NCBI GenBank assembly: GCA_026391475.1
Contig: JAPLED010000065.1
Span: forward strand, 38,702 to 102,701
DNA from: Bacteroidia bacterium
GTDB taxonomy: Bacteria > Bacteroidota > Bacteroidia > Bacteroidales > VadinHA17
Reading direction: 5' to 3'
DNA: 64,000 nucleotides
The position numbers and the translations under genes were made by a program. Positions 1 to 10,315 of this stretch are shown here, in pieces. Position 1 is the first letter of the stretch. Every line of letters starts with the position of its first letter. The notes under the pieces were generated by a model. It made no database searches, was not told the origin of the DNA, and worked only from the letters and a program-made list of their open reading frames with translations.

Positions 1-187
1 GAGCGATATTGATGTGATGATAGAAGTGCCACAGGATTCGAAATTTTCTTTATTTGACCTTGCCGATATTCAATACTATCTGGAAAAGCTTATTGCTAAA
101 AAAGTTGACTTAGTAATGAGTAAAGGAGTAAAGCCACATGTGATGGACAGGATCCGACCTGATTTAAAAATAGTATATGAGAGATAA
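1..187 (+). CDS. Nucleotidyltransferase (MNT-type antitoxin), C-terminal part; 5' end lies outside the window
   Basis: Frame 2 reads SDIDVMIEVPQDSKFSLFDLADIQYYLEKLIAKKVDLVMSKGVKPHVMDRIRPDLKIVYER, with a stop at 185-187. The SDIDV block resembles the pol-beta nucleotidyltransferase Asp motif. The gene overlaps the downstream HEPN gene by 11 nt. Confidence 0.65.
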   Translation, partial: SDIDVMIEVPQDSKFSLFDLADIQYYLEKLIAKKVDLVMSKGVKPHVMDRIRPDLKIVYER

Positions 188-551
188 AGAAACTGACAGC
201 AAAGAAAGGATAGAGCATATTTTGAAAGCAATTTCGGATATTGAAAGCTTTATTGAAAATCAAACAAAGGAATCATTTTTGGAAAGTTATGTGGTTATAA
301 ATGCGACCTTATTTCAATTTGCCGTAATTGGCGAAGCGATTGTTCATATTGATAATGATATCCTTAACCGATATTCTTATCCATGGCACAAGGTGAGGGG
401 CTTTAGAAATTTTATTTTGCATGAATATCATGCTATTGAATACAGAATTGTATGGGATGCCGCAAAAAATGATTTGTTTGAATTAAAAAAAGTATTGAAA
501 AAAATCTTAGAAAATGAATGGCAAAACAAGATAAACAAACTAATGCAATAA
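177..551 (+). CDS. HEPN-domain (DUF86) toxin-like protein
   Basis: 124 aa. It contains RGFRNFILHEYH, which fits the HEPN R-x4-H motif. The ATG at 177 overlaps the end of the upstream nucleotidyltransferase ORF, the usual MNT-HEPN pair layout. Confidence 0.75.
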   Translation: MRDKETDSKERIEHILKAISDIESFIENQTKESFLESYVVINATLFQFAVIGEAIVHIDNDILNRYSYPWHKVRGFRNFILHEYHAIEYRIVWDAAKNDLFELKKVLKKILENEWQNKINKLMQ

Positions 552-593
552 TAAAGTTGCATTTACTAATTGAATTTACATTATTTTAAGAAA

Positions 594-1655
594 TCAAATT
601 CTTTCAGCAACCAGATCTCCAACTTCGGTAGTTGAATATCCCATCCGGCCGGCTCCCATATCTTTTAATTTGTTAGCTGTTACATCCATAATTGCGTTTT
701 CGATAGCATGGGCAGCTTTTTCTTCGCCCAGGTGATCAAGCATCATACCGCCGCATGAAATAGAAGCCAGCGGATTAATAACATTTTTACCTGTATATTT
801 TGGAGCAGAACCACCAATAGGCTCAAACATCGAAACACCTTCAGGATTTATATTTCCACCTGCCGCAATACCCATTCCTCCCTGAGTAATGGCTCCGAGG
901 TCGGTTATTATATCCCCAAACATGTTGGTTGTAACAATTACATCGAACCATTCGGGATTTTTAACCATCCACATACAGGTTGCATCTACATGATAGTACT
1001 CGCGAATGATATCGGGATAATCGGCTTTACCAATTTCATGAAATGCCCTTTCCCAAAGATCAAATACATAAGTTAATACATTGGTTTTTCCGCAAAGGGC
1101 CAGAGTATTTTTCTTTTTTCTTTTCCTTGTGTATTCAAAAGCATACCGCAAACAACGTTCAACCTGCATGCGGGTATAAACCATATTTTGAATTGCAACT
1201 TCATGTGGAGTGCCTTTCATGGTAACTCCGCCAATCCCTGTATATACATCACCTGTATTCTCCCTGATAACTACATAATCTATATGCTCCGGCCCTTTAT
1301 CTTTGAGGGGTGTGGCTACGCCCGGGTAAAGCTTAATCGGACGAAGATTAATATATTGATCCAATTCAAAACGTAGTCTCAGGAGAATTCCTTTTTCAAG
1401 AATACCTGGTTTTACATCCGGATGTCCGATAGCTCCCAAAAATATAGAATCAAACTTTTTTAGTTGCTCTGGTGCAGAATCCGGAAGTACTTCACCTGTT
1501 CTCAAATAACGATCTCCTCCAAAATCGAACTCTTCGAAATTAAGGTTAAATCCAAACTTTGCAGCAACGGCACTAAGTACTTTTTTCCCTTCCCTGACAA
1601 CTTCAGGACCGGTCCCATCTCCAGGTATAACTGCAATATTGTATGATTTGCTCAT
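594..1655 (-). CDS. leuB: 3-isopropylmalate dehydrogenase
   Basis: 353 aa. It has [13 protein letters not shown] near the N-terminus and [13 protein letters not shown], both typical of the isocitrate/isopropylmalate dehydrogenase family. It is the last gene of the leu block. Confidence 0.88.
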   Translation of the reverse strand: MSKSYNIAVIPGDGTGPEVVREGKKVLSAVAAKFGFNLNFEEFDFGGDRYLRTGEVLPDSAPEQLKKFDSIFLGAIGHPDVKPGILEKGILLRLRFELDQYINLRPIKLYPGVATPLKDKGPEHIDYVVIRENTGDVYTGIGGVTMKGTPHEVAIQNMVYTRMQVERCLRYAFEYTRKRKKKNTLALCGKTNVLTYVFDLWERAFHEIGKADYPDIIREYYHVDATCMWMVKNPEWFDVIVTTNMFGDIITDLGAITQGGMGIAAGGNINPEGVSMFEPIGGSAPKYTGKNVINPLASISCGGMMLDHLGEEKAAHAIENAIMDVTANKLKDMGAGRMGYSTTEVGDLVAERI

Positions 1656-1711
1656 AAGTTTGTTTCTATTTATGGTTATTTATTTGAAGCGTAATATATA
1701 GTATATTCGAT

Positions 1712-3262
1712 TTACATTTTAACAAAAGAATGCTTATATTCTTTCTCTTTCAGTCCTTCAATAATATTCAACATTTTCTCAGTGGCTTTTATGGCTGATT
1801 CAGTCTGGTCAGCATCCAACCCTCTTGTCTTGAATTCCTTTCCATTGAAATCCCATGTAATTATTGTCTCAACCAGTGCATCAGTTGCTCCCCCTGGAGG
1901 TATTGATACCTGGTAATCAGTAAGTACCGGATACTGTTTTCCAAGTTTGTCATAGATTACCCGTAATGCCTTCATAAAAGCATCATACTGGCCATCGCCT
2001 GATGAGGTTTCCTGGTATAAATTACCATCGATTTCGATCTGGATATTTGCAGAAGGTTTTAATCCGTATGAGAGGGAGAGAGAATAGTTTTTAATAAAGA
2101 TCTTATAATTGATCTGTTCGTTACCAAGCACATCTGCAATAATAAATGGCAGATCTTCCGTGGTTACATTCTCTTTTTTGTCACCCAGTTCAATTACTTT
2201 CTGTGTAACTTTGGAGAGCGATTCCGGGTTAAGAAACAGTCCGAATTCCTCAAGATTTTTTCTGATTGTTGCTTTGCCGGACTGTTTGCCAAGGGCATAT
2301 TTTCTTTTTCTTCCGAACCGTTCAGGAAGGAGGTTATTATAATAGAGGTTGTCTTTACTATCACCATCAGCATGGACACCTGATGTCTGTGTAAAAACAT
2401 TCTCACCGATAACAGGCTTATTCACCGGGATACGTATTCCGCTGAATGTCTCGACTATTTTACTTGCTTTGGTTATCTCAAATTCATTTATACCTGTTTC
2501 TGTATCAAGCTGATCGCGAAGAACACCAATCACACTAGAAAGAGGAGCATTACCGGCCCTTTCTCCGAGCCCGTTAATAGTTGTATGAATTCCTTTTATA
2601 CCTGCTTTAACCGCTGAAAATACATTGGCAACGGCCAGATCATAATCGTTATGTGCATGAAAATCAAAATGAAGCGAAGGATATCTGTCAATAATCTTTT
2701 TACAGAAAGTGAAGGTCTGTTCGGGGTTAAGAATACCGAGGGTATCAGGAAGCATGAACCTTTCTATATTTTCATTCATTAACGAATCCAGCATATAGAT
2801 AACGTACTCTTCCGAATGAATCATTCCGTTCGACCAATCCTCGAGATAGATATTTACCTGCATATCAAATGCTTCAGCCTTCTTTATAATTTCTTTAATA
2901 TCACTAACATGCTTTTCGGGCGTTTTTCTCAATTGTTTCTCGAGATGTCGCAGCGACCCCTTGCAAAGAAGGTTGATAACATTTCCTCCTGCATCCTTTA
3001 TCCAGTTAAGCGAAATCTCTCCGTCAACAAAACCAAGTACCTCGACTTTCCTGTGGAGGTTGTTGTGACGGGCCCAGTCTGTTATCTGCCTGATAGCTTC
3101 AAATTCACCTGATGATACGCGTGCTGATGCCACTTCAATACGGTCAACTTTTAAATCCTTCAGAAGAAGTTTGGCAATATGGAGCTTTTCGAGTGGTGAG
3201 TATGACACTCCTTGGGTCTGTTCTCCATCCCTGAGGGTAGTATCCATTATTTCGACTCTCAT
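1712..3262 (-). CDS. LeuA-family (HMGL-like) synthase paralog, probably (R)-citramalate synthase
   Basis: 516 aa. Motifs [10 protein letters not shown] and HAHNDYDLAVAN, plus a C-terminal LeuA-dimer-like domain. It is a second, divergent copy alongside leuA at 5330-6823. Its start forms an ATGA overlap with the leuD stop (3259-3262). Confidence 0.7.
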   Translation of the reverse strand: MRVEIMDTTLRDGEQTQGVSYSPLEKLHIAKLLLKDLKVDRIEVASARVSSGEFEAIRQITDWARHNNLHRKVEVLGFVDGEISLNWIKDAGGNVINLLCKGSLRHLEKQLRKTPEKHVSDIKEIIKKAEAFDMQVNIYLEDWSNGMIHSEEYVIYMLDSLMNENIERFMLPDTLGILNPEQTFTFCKKIIDRYPSLHFDFHAHNDYDLAVANVFSAVKAGIKGIHTTINGLGERAGNAPLSSVIGVLRDQLDTETGINEFEITKASKIVETFSGIRIPVNKPVIGENVFTQTSGVHADGDSKDNLYYNNLLPERFGRKRKYALGKQSGKATIRKNLEEFGLFLNPESLSKVTQKVIELGDKKENVTTEDLPFIIADVLGNEQINYKIFIKNYSLSLSYGLKPSANIQIEIDGNLYQETSSGDGQYDAFMKALRVIYDKLGKQYPVLTDYQVSIPPGGATDALVETIITWDFNGKEFKTRGLDADQTESAIKATEKMLNIIEGLKEKEYKHSFVKM

Positions 3263-3861
3263 TTTACCAGGTTTTTATTGTTCTCATAACCGGTTATTAA
3301 ACTTTTCATATTCAAAAGGAAATCGATATCATCGAGTCCTTTGAGAAGACATTCTTTCTTATAAGGATTGATACCGAATCTGACGGAATCTCCGGTAGGG
3401 ATTATTGTAAACATCTGTTTTTCAAGATCTATTTTGACTTTTGTGGCGGGGTTCTTTTGTATCAGGTCCTGAAGTTTTATAAGAAGTTCTTCTGATATTA
3501 CAACAGGCAGAAGTCCATTATTAAGTGAATTATTCATGAAAATATCGGCGAAAAAGCTCGATACCACTGCCCTGAATCCATAGTCAAAGATAGCCCAGAC
3601 GGCATGTTCACGGCTAGATCCGCTCCCGAAATTTTTTCCGGCAACCAGGACCTTACCGCTGAATTTTGGATTATTCATAATAAAATCACTGTTTTTCTCA
3701 CCTGTTTTCAAATATCTCCAGTCGCGGAAAAGATTGTCTCCGAAGTCTTCCCTTGAAGTGGCACTTAAAAACCTTGCCGGTATAATCTGATCGGTATCCA
3801 CATTTTCAAATGGTAGCGGAACACAGGTTGACTCGAGTAAATCAAATTTAACTTTTGACAT
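3259..3861 (-). CDS. leuD: 3-isopropylmalate dehydratase small subunit
   Basis: 200 aa. GKNFGSGSSREHAVWA is the aconitase-family swivel-domain motif. The gene sits next to leuC. Confidence 0.9.
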   Translation of the reverse strand: MSKVKFDLLESTCVPLPFENVDTDQIIPARFLSATSREDFGDNLFRDWRYLKTGEKNSDFIMNNPKFSGKVLVAGKNFGSGSSREHAVWAIFDYGFRAVVSSFFADIFMNNSLNNGLLPVVISEELLIKLQDLIQKNPATKVKIDLEKQMFTIIPTGDSVRFGINPYKKECLLKGLDDIDFLLNMKSLITGYENNKNLVK

Positions 3862-3867
3862 ATCAGA

Positions 3868-5292
3868 TTATATTTTGACGTTTTTTTCTTCGGTAATAAA
3901 TTCACGGGGATCGGATATCTTTCCGGTTATTGCTGCCGCAGCTGCTGTAAAAGGACTTGCAAGCATGGTCCTTGCACCCGGGCCCTGTCTTCCTTCGAAG
4001 TTTCTGTTTGAAGTTGAAACTGAATATTTCCCTGCAGGGATTTTATCTTCGTTCATCGCGAGACAGGAGGAACAACCAGGTTGTCTCACTTCGAAGCCTG
4101 CATTTTTAAATACTTCTATCAAGCCTTCAGAAGCCATTTGTTCTTCGACCTTTTTTGAGCCTGGTACGATCAATGCAGTGACACTCGCGGCTTTTTTTCT
4201 TCCCCTTATGATTTGTGCAAATGCCCGGAAGTCTTCGATCCTTCCATTTGTGCAACTACCTATAAATACATAATCTATGGGGTGGCCAAGAAGCTTTATT
4301 CCGGGTTTAAAACCCATATAATCAAGTGATTTTAGATACGATGAGGAGGCTTCATTATTTTTATTATCTGCCATTGGAATTGAGCCGTCGATTGCCATTC
4401 CCATACCGGGGTTAGTTCCATAAGTGATCATAGGTTTGATTAAACCGGCATCAAATTCCAATTCACGGTCGAAGGAGGCATCAGGATCACTTTTAAGTTT
4501 TGTCCACTGATTAACAGATGATTCCAGGTCGTTTATTCCGGGTATTGAAGGAAGTTTTCTCAGGTAATCGAAAGTAGTTTCATCCGGAGCTATTAATCCA
4601 CCACGTGCTCCCATTTCAATACTCATATTGCAAATTGTCATTCTGGCTTCCATGCTCAGACTTGTTATTGCAGAACCGCTATACTCTACAAAATAGCCGG
4701 TTGCCCCGCCTGTTGAAATCTCTGAGATGATATACATTATAATATCTTTAGAAGTCACGCCTTTATGAAGGTTACCATTAACGGTAATTCTCATCTTTTT
4801 GGGTTTAGGTTGAAGTATGCACTGGGTTGCCAGAACCATCTCAACTTCACTTGTTCCGATACCGAAAGCTATCGTCCCAAATGCACCATGTGTTGAGGTA
4901 TGACTGTCACCGCATACTATTGTCATTCCCGGGAGGGTGTAACCCAGCTCGGGACCAATAACATGGACAATACCGCTTTTTGGATGGTTCAGACCGAACA
5001 ACTCTATTCCATATTTCCTGCAATTTTCGCTTAGTCTTTCAACCTGGTTACGGGATAATTCGTCCCTGATCTGAAGATGCTGGTCTTTAGTCGGTATGTT
5101 ATGATCGGCTGTTGCGATTGTCTTGCCGGGCCTGAAAACAGAAATACCTCGTTCTCTCAGACCATTAAATGCCTGAGGACTTGTAACTTCGTGTATGTAA
5201 TGCCTGTCGATGTAGAGAACATCCGGACCATCTTCAATGGAATTTACTATATGTCCATCCCAGATTTTATCAAAAAGTGTTTTTGCTTTCAA
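3868..5292 (-). CDS. leuC: 3-isopropylmalate dehydratase large subunit
   Basis: 474 aa. [14 protein letters not shown] and [10 protein letters not shown] are the Fe-S ligand motifs of aconitase-family large subunits. Confidence 0.9.
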   Translation of the reverse strand: MKAKTLFDKIWDGHIVNSIEDGPDVLYIDRHYIHEVTSPQAFNGLRERGISVFRPGKTIATADHNIPTKDQHLQIRDELSRNQVERLSENCRKYGIELFGLNHPKSGIVHVIGPELGYTLPGMTIVCGDSHTSTHGAFGTIAFGIGTSEVEMVLATQCILQPKPKKMRITVNGNLHKGVTSKDIIMYIISEISTGGATGYFVEYSGSAITSLSMEARMTICNMSIEMGARGGLIAPDETTFDYLRKLPSIPGINDLESSVNQWTKLKSDPDASFDRELEFDAGLIKPMITYGTNPGMGMAIDGSIPMADNKNNEASSSYLKSLDYMGFKPGIKLLGHPIDYVFIGSCTNGRIEDFRAFAQIIRGRKKAASVTALIVPGSKKVEEQMASEGLIEVFKNAGFEVRQPGCSSCLAMNEDKIPAGKYSVSTSNRNFEGRQGPGARTMLASPFTAAAAAITGKISDPREFITEEKNVKI

Positions 5293-5329
5293 TTTGAAAA
5301 TTTAAAAATTCTGTCAATGCTGATTATGA

Positions 5330-6823
5330 TTATGCGATTTTGGCTATGGCATCGATGAAGGCTTCAACCGAAGCAGTAATAATATCGGTATTAGCAGAGA
5401 AACCGTAATACATCTTTCCCTGGTGTTCTACCTGGATATGGACCTTTCCGAGGTCGTCGCTGCCTTTAGTAATAGCCTGAATCAGGAATTCTTCGAGATG
5501 CACTGTTTTGCTGATCAGATGTTTGACAGCAGTAAAAGCTGCGTCGATTGGTCCGTTACCTGATGCAGTTGAGTAATGGACTTCTCCATTAATTTTCATA
5601 CCGACAGTTGCTACAGGAATTAATGATTTCCCACAAGAGACCTGCAGGAGATCGAGCTTAAGTGATTTTTCTCCCTGGAAAACGACACCGGCAAGTATTC
5701 TGATATCTTCATCGTTGATCTCTTTCTTTTTATCTGCCAGAGTAAGAAAGCGATGGTAAATATCGTCAATTTCCTCTTTCCCAAATTTGAATCCGAGCAG
5801 TTCAAGGCGATGATTCAGAGCAGCCCTGCCACTACGGGCGGTAAGGATTATTGAAGACTCCCGTATTCCGACTTCAACAGGATCAATGATCTCATAGTTT
5901 TCCCTGTTTTTCAGAACGCCATCCTGGTGAATACCAGAGGAGTGTGAAAAGGCGTTTCTTCCTACGATAGCTTTGTTAGCCTGGACGGGCATGCTCATGA
6001 GATTTGAAACCAGCCGGCTTGTACTGAAGATCAGTTTTGTGTTGATGTCGGTTTTTAAGTTAAGGTTATGGTGACTTTTAAGGATCATAGCTATCTCTTC
6101 GAGAGCTGTGTTACCGGCTCTCTCACCGATACCGTTAATTGTAACCTCAACCTGTCTTGCTCCGTTTATAATACCCATCATGGTATTGGCTGTTGCCATT
6201 CCAAGATCGTTATGACAATGGGTTGATATGATTGCTTTGTCGATATTAGGAACATTCTCTTTAAGGTACCTGATCTTCGCACCGTATTCTTCGGGAAGGC
6301 AGTAACCGGTTGTGTCGGGGATATTTACAACAGTAGCACCTGCCTTTATTACAGCTTCGATAACCTTTGCAAGGTATTCGTTCTCACTTCGTCCTGCATC
6401 CTCGGCATAGAATTCCACATCATCCACAAATTTTCTGGCGTATTTAACTGCATCCGCAGCCCTTTTCAGGATTTCTTCGGGAGTTGTTTTGATCTTGTAT
6501 TTTATATGAAAAGGGGAGGTGCCGATTCCTGTATGTATCCTTTTCCTTTTTGCATATTGAAGAGCTTCAGCTGCCACTTCAATATCTTTTTTGACGGCCC
6601 GGGTAAGTGCGCAGATCACAGGGTTTGAAATAGCCTTCGATATTTCGACCACTGATTTAAAGTCTCCGGGGCTTGAAATGGGAAAGCCGGCTTCAATAAC
6701 ATCGACACCAAGAGCTTCAAGTGCCTGGGCCACCTCAATCTTTTCAATTGTATTTAACTGGCAACCGGGTACTTGTTCTCCATCCCTGAGGGTGGTATCA
6801 AAAATAATTACCTTATCGTCCAT
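5330..6823 (-). CDS. leuA: 2-isopropylmalate synthase
   Basis: 497 aa. Motifs [10 protein letters not shown] and [12 protein letters not shown], plus a C-terminal regulatory (LeuA dimer) domain. Confidence 0.88.
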   Translation of the reverse strand: MDDKVIIFDTTLRDGEQVPGCQLNTIEKIEVAQALEALGVDVIEAGFPISSPGDFKSVVEISKAISNPVICALTRAVKKDIEVAAEALQYAKRKRIHTGIGTSPFHIKYKIKTTPEEILKRAADAVKYARKFVDDVEFYAEDAGRSENEYLAKVIEAVIKAGATVVNIPDTTGYCLPEEYGAKIRYLKENVPNIDKAIISTHCHNDLGMATANTMMGIINGARQVEVTINGIGERAGNTALEEIAMILKSHHNLNLKTDINTKLIFSTSRLVSNLMSMPVQANKAIVGRNAFSHSSGIHQDGVLKNRENYEIIDPVEVGIRESSIILTARSGRAALNHRLELLGFKFGKEEIDDIYHRFLTLADKKKEINDEDIRILAGVVFQGEKSLKLDLLQVSCGKSLIPVATVGMKINGEVHYSTASGNGPIDAAFTAVKHLISKTVHLEEFLIQAITKGSDDLGKVHIQVEHQGKMYYGFSANTDIITASVEAFIDAIAKIA

Positions 6824-6845
6824 ATTATAAGTTGTTTGTAAAAGA

Positions 6846-7895
6846 TTATTTTTTCAATGGTCTGAGTTTTCTCACCGCAGCACCTGCTCTCCACATTTCA
6901 GAATCACCAAGTTCTTTCAGTTCAGCATCGAGTACTGATTTATAATTGGTTGCACCTGTTGATTGAAGAACTCTTACACATTCTTCGCCTGATTTGACTT
7001 TCTTATACAGGTCAATGAAAACAGGAAGAGTCGCTGCTTTGAATTTCGGACGCCAGTCGAGTGCTCCACGTTGAGCCGTTGCACTGCAATTTGCATACAT
7101 CCAGTCCATTCCCTTTTCGTCAACCAGTCGGATTAAACTTTGGGTCAACTCCTCCACAGTTTCGTTAAAAGCTTCAGACGGACTGTGACCATTCTCACGA
7201 AGTACCTGATACTGAGCATCCATGATACCAGCAAGCGCTCCCATTAATACTCCACGTTCACCGGTCAGATCACTGTAAACTTCCTGTTCAAAAGTTGTCG
7301 GGAAGAGATATCCTGAACCGATAGCAATACCCAGAGCAATTGTACGTTCTTCAGCTCTTCCTGTAAAATCCTGAAAAACTGAATAGCTTGAATTGATTCC
7401 GGCACCTGCAAGAAAATTCCGCCTTACACTTGTACCTGAACCTTTTGGGGCACAGAGGATTACATCAATATCGGCAGGTGGTATTACACCGGTATGTTCT
7501 TTATATGTGATTGAAAATCCATGCGAGAAATAGAGTGCATCTCCTTTCTTAAGGCATAATTTAAGTTTTGGCCAAATTATACGTTGTGCTGCATCCGATA
7601 CCAGGTATTGGATGATTGTACCTTTTTTTGCAGCTTCCTCAATAGGGAACAATGTTTTCCCCGGCACAAAACCATCAGCAACGGCTTTGTCCCAATCGGC
7701 TTTAAACTCAGGAGCCTGTCCGATTATTACATTGATGCCGTTATCCTTCATGTTCAACGCCTGGGCAGGTCCCTGAACACCATAACCGATTACTGCTACG
7801 ACCTCATTTTTAAGAATTTCGCGGGCTTTTGAAAGTGGAAACTCTTCTCTCGTTACAACATTTTCGACGACACCGCCAAAATCAATTTTTGCCAT
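6846..7895 (-). CDS. ilvC: Ketol-acid reductoisomerase
   Basis: I take the start at the internal ATG (MAKIDFGG, cat at 7893-7895). The track ORF runs on to 7964 and would overlap ilv[20 protein letters not shown] is the NADP-binding motif. Confidence 0.88.
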   Translation of the reverse strand: MAKIDFGGVVENVVTREEFPLSKAREILKNEVVAVIGYGVQGPAQALNMKDNGINVIIGQAPEFKADWDKAVADGFVPGKTLFPIEEAAKKGTIIQYLVSDAAQRIIWPKLKLCLKKGDALYFSHGFSITYKEHTGVIPPADIDVILCAPKGSGTSVRRNFLAGAGINSSYSVFQDFTGRAEERTIALGIAIGSGYLFPTTFEQEVYSDLTGERGVLMGALAGIMDAQYQVLRENGHSPSEAFNETVEELTQSLIRLVDEKGMDWMYANCSATAQRGALDWRPKFKAATLPVFIDLYKKVKSGEECVRVLQSTGATNYKSVLDAELKELGDSEMWRAGAAVRKLRPLKK

Positions 7896-7917
7896 GATCT
7901 TAAATTTTAAATATGTA

Positions 7918-8478
7918 TTAATTAAGTACTTCCATTGTTTCAGGTTTGTAGCGATTCGCTTCATCCATCTCCTTCAGATATGAATTCAACTCTTTAACCT
8001 GTTTTGTTATAGCTACCCTTCCTGACCTTACAAACTGTAACACACCGTAAGGCTCAAGCTGAGTAAGTAATTCAGTTATCTCTGTCTTGTGACCTGTTTT
8101 TTCAATCACTATGTATTCTGGTGAAACCTCGAGAATACGGGCATGATGAGCATGGACAACATGATCAATAATATTCCCTGACATCAGCCCCTTTGTTGTA
8201 ACTTTAAACAGGGCAATCTCCTGGTAAATAATCTGGTCGGAGGTATGTACAAAAACTTTTAAGACATCAACCAGCTTTTCCATTTGTCTGGCCACTTTCT
8301 GTATCATCTCACTTGTTGTTTTTACAACGATCGTGAGAAGCTGTACCCCTTTTACTGCTGATTCCGAGGCAGTAATGCTATCAATATTTATCTGCCTTCG
8401 GGTTAATATTATTGTTATCTGGCCAAGTATCCCTATGTGGTCCTCGGTAAAAAGCGATATTGTAAATTCCTGTTTCAT
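7918..8478 (-). CDS. ilvN: Acetolactate synthase small (regulatory) subunit
   Basis: 186 aa. It has an N-terminal ACT-domain pattern (ISLFTEDHIGILGQITIILTRRQINIDSIT) and lies immediately downstream of the large subunit. Confidence 0.82.
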   Translation of the reverse strand: MKQEFTISLFTEDHIGILGQITIILTRRQINIDSITASESAVKGVQLLTIVVKTTSEMIQKVARQMEKLVDVLKVFVHTSDQIIYQEIALFKVTTKGLMSGNIIDHVVHAHHARILEVSPEYIVIEKTGHKTEITELLTQLEPYGVLQFVRSGRVAITKQVKELNSYLKEMDEANRYKPETMEVLN

Positions 8479-8488
8479 ATTTCTATTA

Positions 8489-10228
8489 TTAATATGTTAG
8501 TCTTATTTCGGAAACGGATGACCCGGGTTCTATCATAGGGAAGACATTTCCTTCTTTCTCGACTGTAATATCAAGCAGGTATGGCCCCTTTGCAGCAAGC
8601 ATTTCGACCAGAGAATCTTTCAGTTCTTCTCTTTTCGAAACCCTTTTTGCCGGAATGCTGAATCCTTTTGCAATAATTACGAAATCGGGATTTATCAATT
8701 CAGTTGAGGCATATCTTTTTTTGAAAAACATATCCTGCCATTGACGCACCATTCCAAGATAACTATTATTAAGGATAATAATTTTAACAGGTATATTATA
8801 GTGTAATATAGTTCCAAGTTCCTGTATTGTCATCTGGAAACCTCCATCTCCAAGGAATGCAACAACCGGTTTACCGGGGCTCCCGATTTTAGCTCCTACA
8901 GCTGCAGGAAGGCCGAATCCCATTGTTCCCATTCCACCTGAAGTGACAAAGCTGTTTGGGTGAGTAAATTTATAATAACGGGCAGCATACATCTGGTTCT
9001 GTCCTACGTCTGTAACAACTATTGCCTCACCCTTGGTCAGATCAGATACCAGTTGGACAACCTCACCCATTCTTATTTCACCTGTTTCAGGTTTCGTCTC
9101 TGGTTTAATAACTTTCTCATATTCAGTCTTATCACAAATCCGGAATTCCCTGATCCATTTTTCAAAAGAGTTCTCTTTAACCAACGGGATGAGATACATA
9201 AGTACCTCCTTTGCATCATTATTTATTTCGACATCAACCAGGACATTTTTATTTATCTCAGCCTCATCGATCTCAATATGTATTATGGTTGCTTTTTTTG
9301 CATATTTCTTAAGATTCCCGGTAACACGGTCATCGAAACGCATTCCGATTGCTATAATGAGATCAGCTTCATTTGTGAGAAGATTCGATCCATAGTTACC
9401 ATGCATGCCAAGCATTCCGGCGAACAAACGGTGATCAGAGGGGAATGCTGAGAGACCCAGTAAAGTTAATGCAACAGGGATTCCTGTTTTTTCTGCAAAT
9501 GCCTTCAGTTCGTTTTCTGCTCTTGACAGAAGCACTCCATGTCCGGCAAGAATCAGAGGCCTTTCGGCATGGTTGATCATGATCGCAGCTGATTCGATTG
9601 CCTTGGTATGCAAAGGAATACTCGGATTATAACTCCTGATATAGTCACATTTTTTGTACTTGAAATTAAGTTTTTCAAGCTGGGCATCTTTTGTTATATC
9701 AATCAGAACCGGTCCGGGGCGACCTGATTTTGCGATATAAAACGCTTTTGCAATTGTATCAGGTATATCCTGCGATTTTTTTACCTGGCAGTTCCATTTA
9801 GTTACCGGCATAGAAACTCCTATTATATCAGTCTCCTGGAATGCATCTGTACCGATAAGATTAGATACTACCTGGGCTGTGATAAACACAACCGGGACAG
9901 AATCAAGAAAGGCATTGGCAATTCCGGTTACAAGGTTAGTAGCACCCGGACCTGACGTAGCAAAGCAAATACCCGGTTTGCCGGTAACCATTGAATAAGC
10001 CTGAGCTGCATGAGCTGCTCCCTGTTCATGACGGGTAAGAATGTGCCGGAGCTTTCCTTCGTAATCGAGAAGCGCGTCATAGACAGGCATTATAGCCCCG
10101 CCGGGATAACCAAAAATAGTATCAACCCCCTCCTCAATCAGGCATTGTAAAAGAGCATCTGCTCCTGTAATGTGTTCCTGTCCATTGACTTGTATGGTTG
10201 CGTGTTCTGTTTCCTTTTCAGTCTTCAT
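8489..10228 (-). CDS. ilvB: Acetolactate synthase large (catalytic) subunit
   Basis: 579 aa. [15 protein letters not shown] is the ThDP-binding motif, and the N-terminal ThDP pyrimidine domain includes [14 protein letters not shown]. Confidence 0.9.
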   Translation of the reverse strand: MKTEKETEHATIQVNGQEHITGADALLQCLIEEGVDTIFGYPGGAIMPVYDALLDYEGKLRHILTRHEQGAAHAAQAYSMVTGKPGICFATSGPGATNLVTGIANAFLDSVPVVFITAQVVSNLIGTDAFQETDIIGVSMPVTKWNCQVKKSQDIPDTIAKAFYIAKSGRPGPVLIDITKDAQLEKLNFKYKKCDYIRSYNPSIPLHTKAIESAAIMINHAERPLILAGHGVLLSRAENELKAFAEKTGIPVALTLLGLSAFPSDHRLFAGMLGMHGNYGSNLLTNEADLIIAIGMRFDDRVTGNLKKYAKKATIIHIEIDEAEINKNVLVDVEINNDAKEVLMYLIPLVKENSFEKWIREFRICDKTEYEKVIKPETKPETGEIRMGEVVQLVSDLTKGEAIVVTDVGQNQMYAARYYKFTHPNSFVTSGGMGTMGFGLPAAVGAKIGSPGKPVVAFLGDGGFQMTIQELGTILHYNIPVKIIILNNSYLGMVRQWQDMFFKKRYASTELINPDFVIIAKGFSIPAKRVSKREELKDSLVEMLAAKGPYLLDITVEKEGNVFPMIEPGSSVSEIRLTY

Positions 10229-10235
10229 ATAAATT

Positions 10236-10313
10236 ATTGTCTTTATGTCTTATAGTCTTATCGTCTTGCAGTCCTGCGGTCAACCTGTTGCCTGTTGCCT
10301 GTCGCCTACTGCC
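10236..10313. repeat. Two short tandem-repeat arrays in the ilvD-ilvB spacer: 4 x 7 nt (GGCRNYA) and 4 x 8 nt (AAGACNNN) in mRNA sense
   Basis: The plus strand reads attgtctt tatgtctt atagtctt atcgtctt (10236-10267) and tgttgcc tgttgcc tgtcgcc tactgcc (10286-10313). In mRNA sense this is GGCAGUA GGCGACA GGCAACA GGCAACA ... AAGACGAU AAGACUAU AAGACAUA AAGACAAU, ending 7 nt before the ilvB ATG. Confidence 0.7.
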
Positions 10314-10315
10314 TC

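Noticed and set aside
7896-7964. The 23-aa N-terminal extension of the ilvC ORF, which overlaps the end of ilvN.
   Set aside because: Ketol-acid reductoisomerase homology begins at MAKIDFGG (ATG at 7895). The extension would overlap ilvN by 47 nt and has no family resemblance.
8960-9451. A 163-aa ORF antisense to ilvB. Similar long antisense or alternate-frame ORFs occur at 45578-46033, 47408-47812, 37672-38151 and 3875-4273.
   Set aside because: All lie entirely inside well-supported genes with clear family motifs. Their translations are low-complexity and rich in Cys/Phe/Ile with no recognisable motifs. They are typical shadow ORFs.
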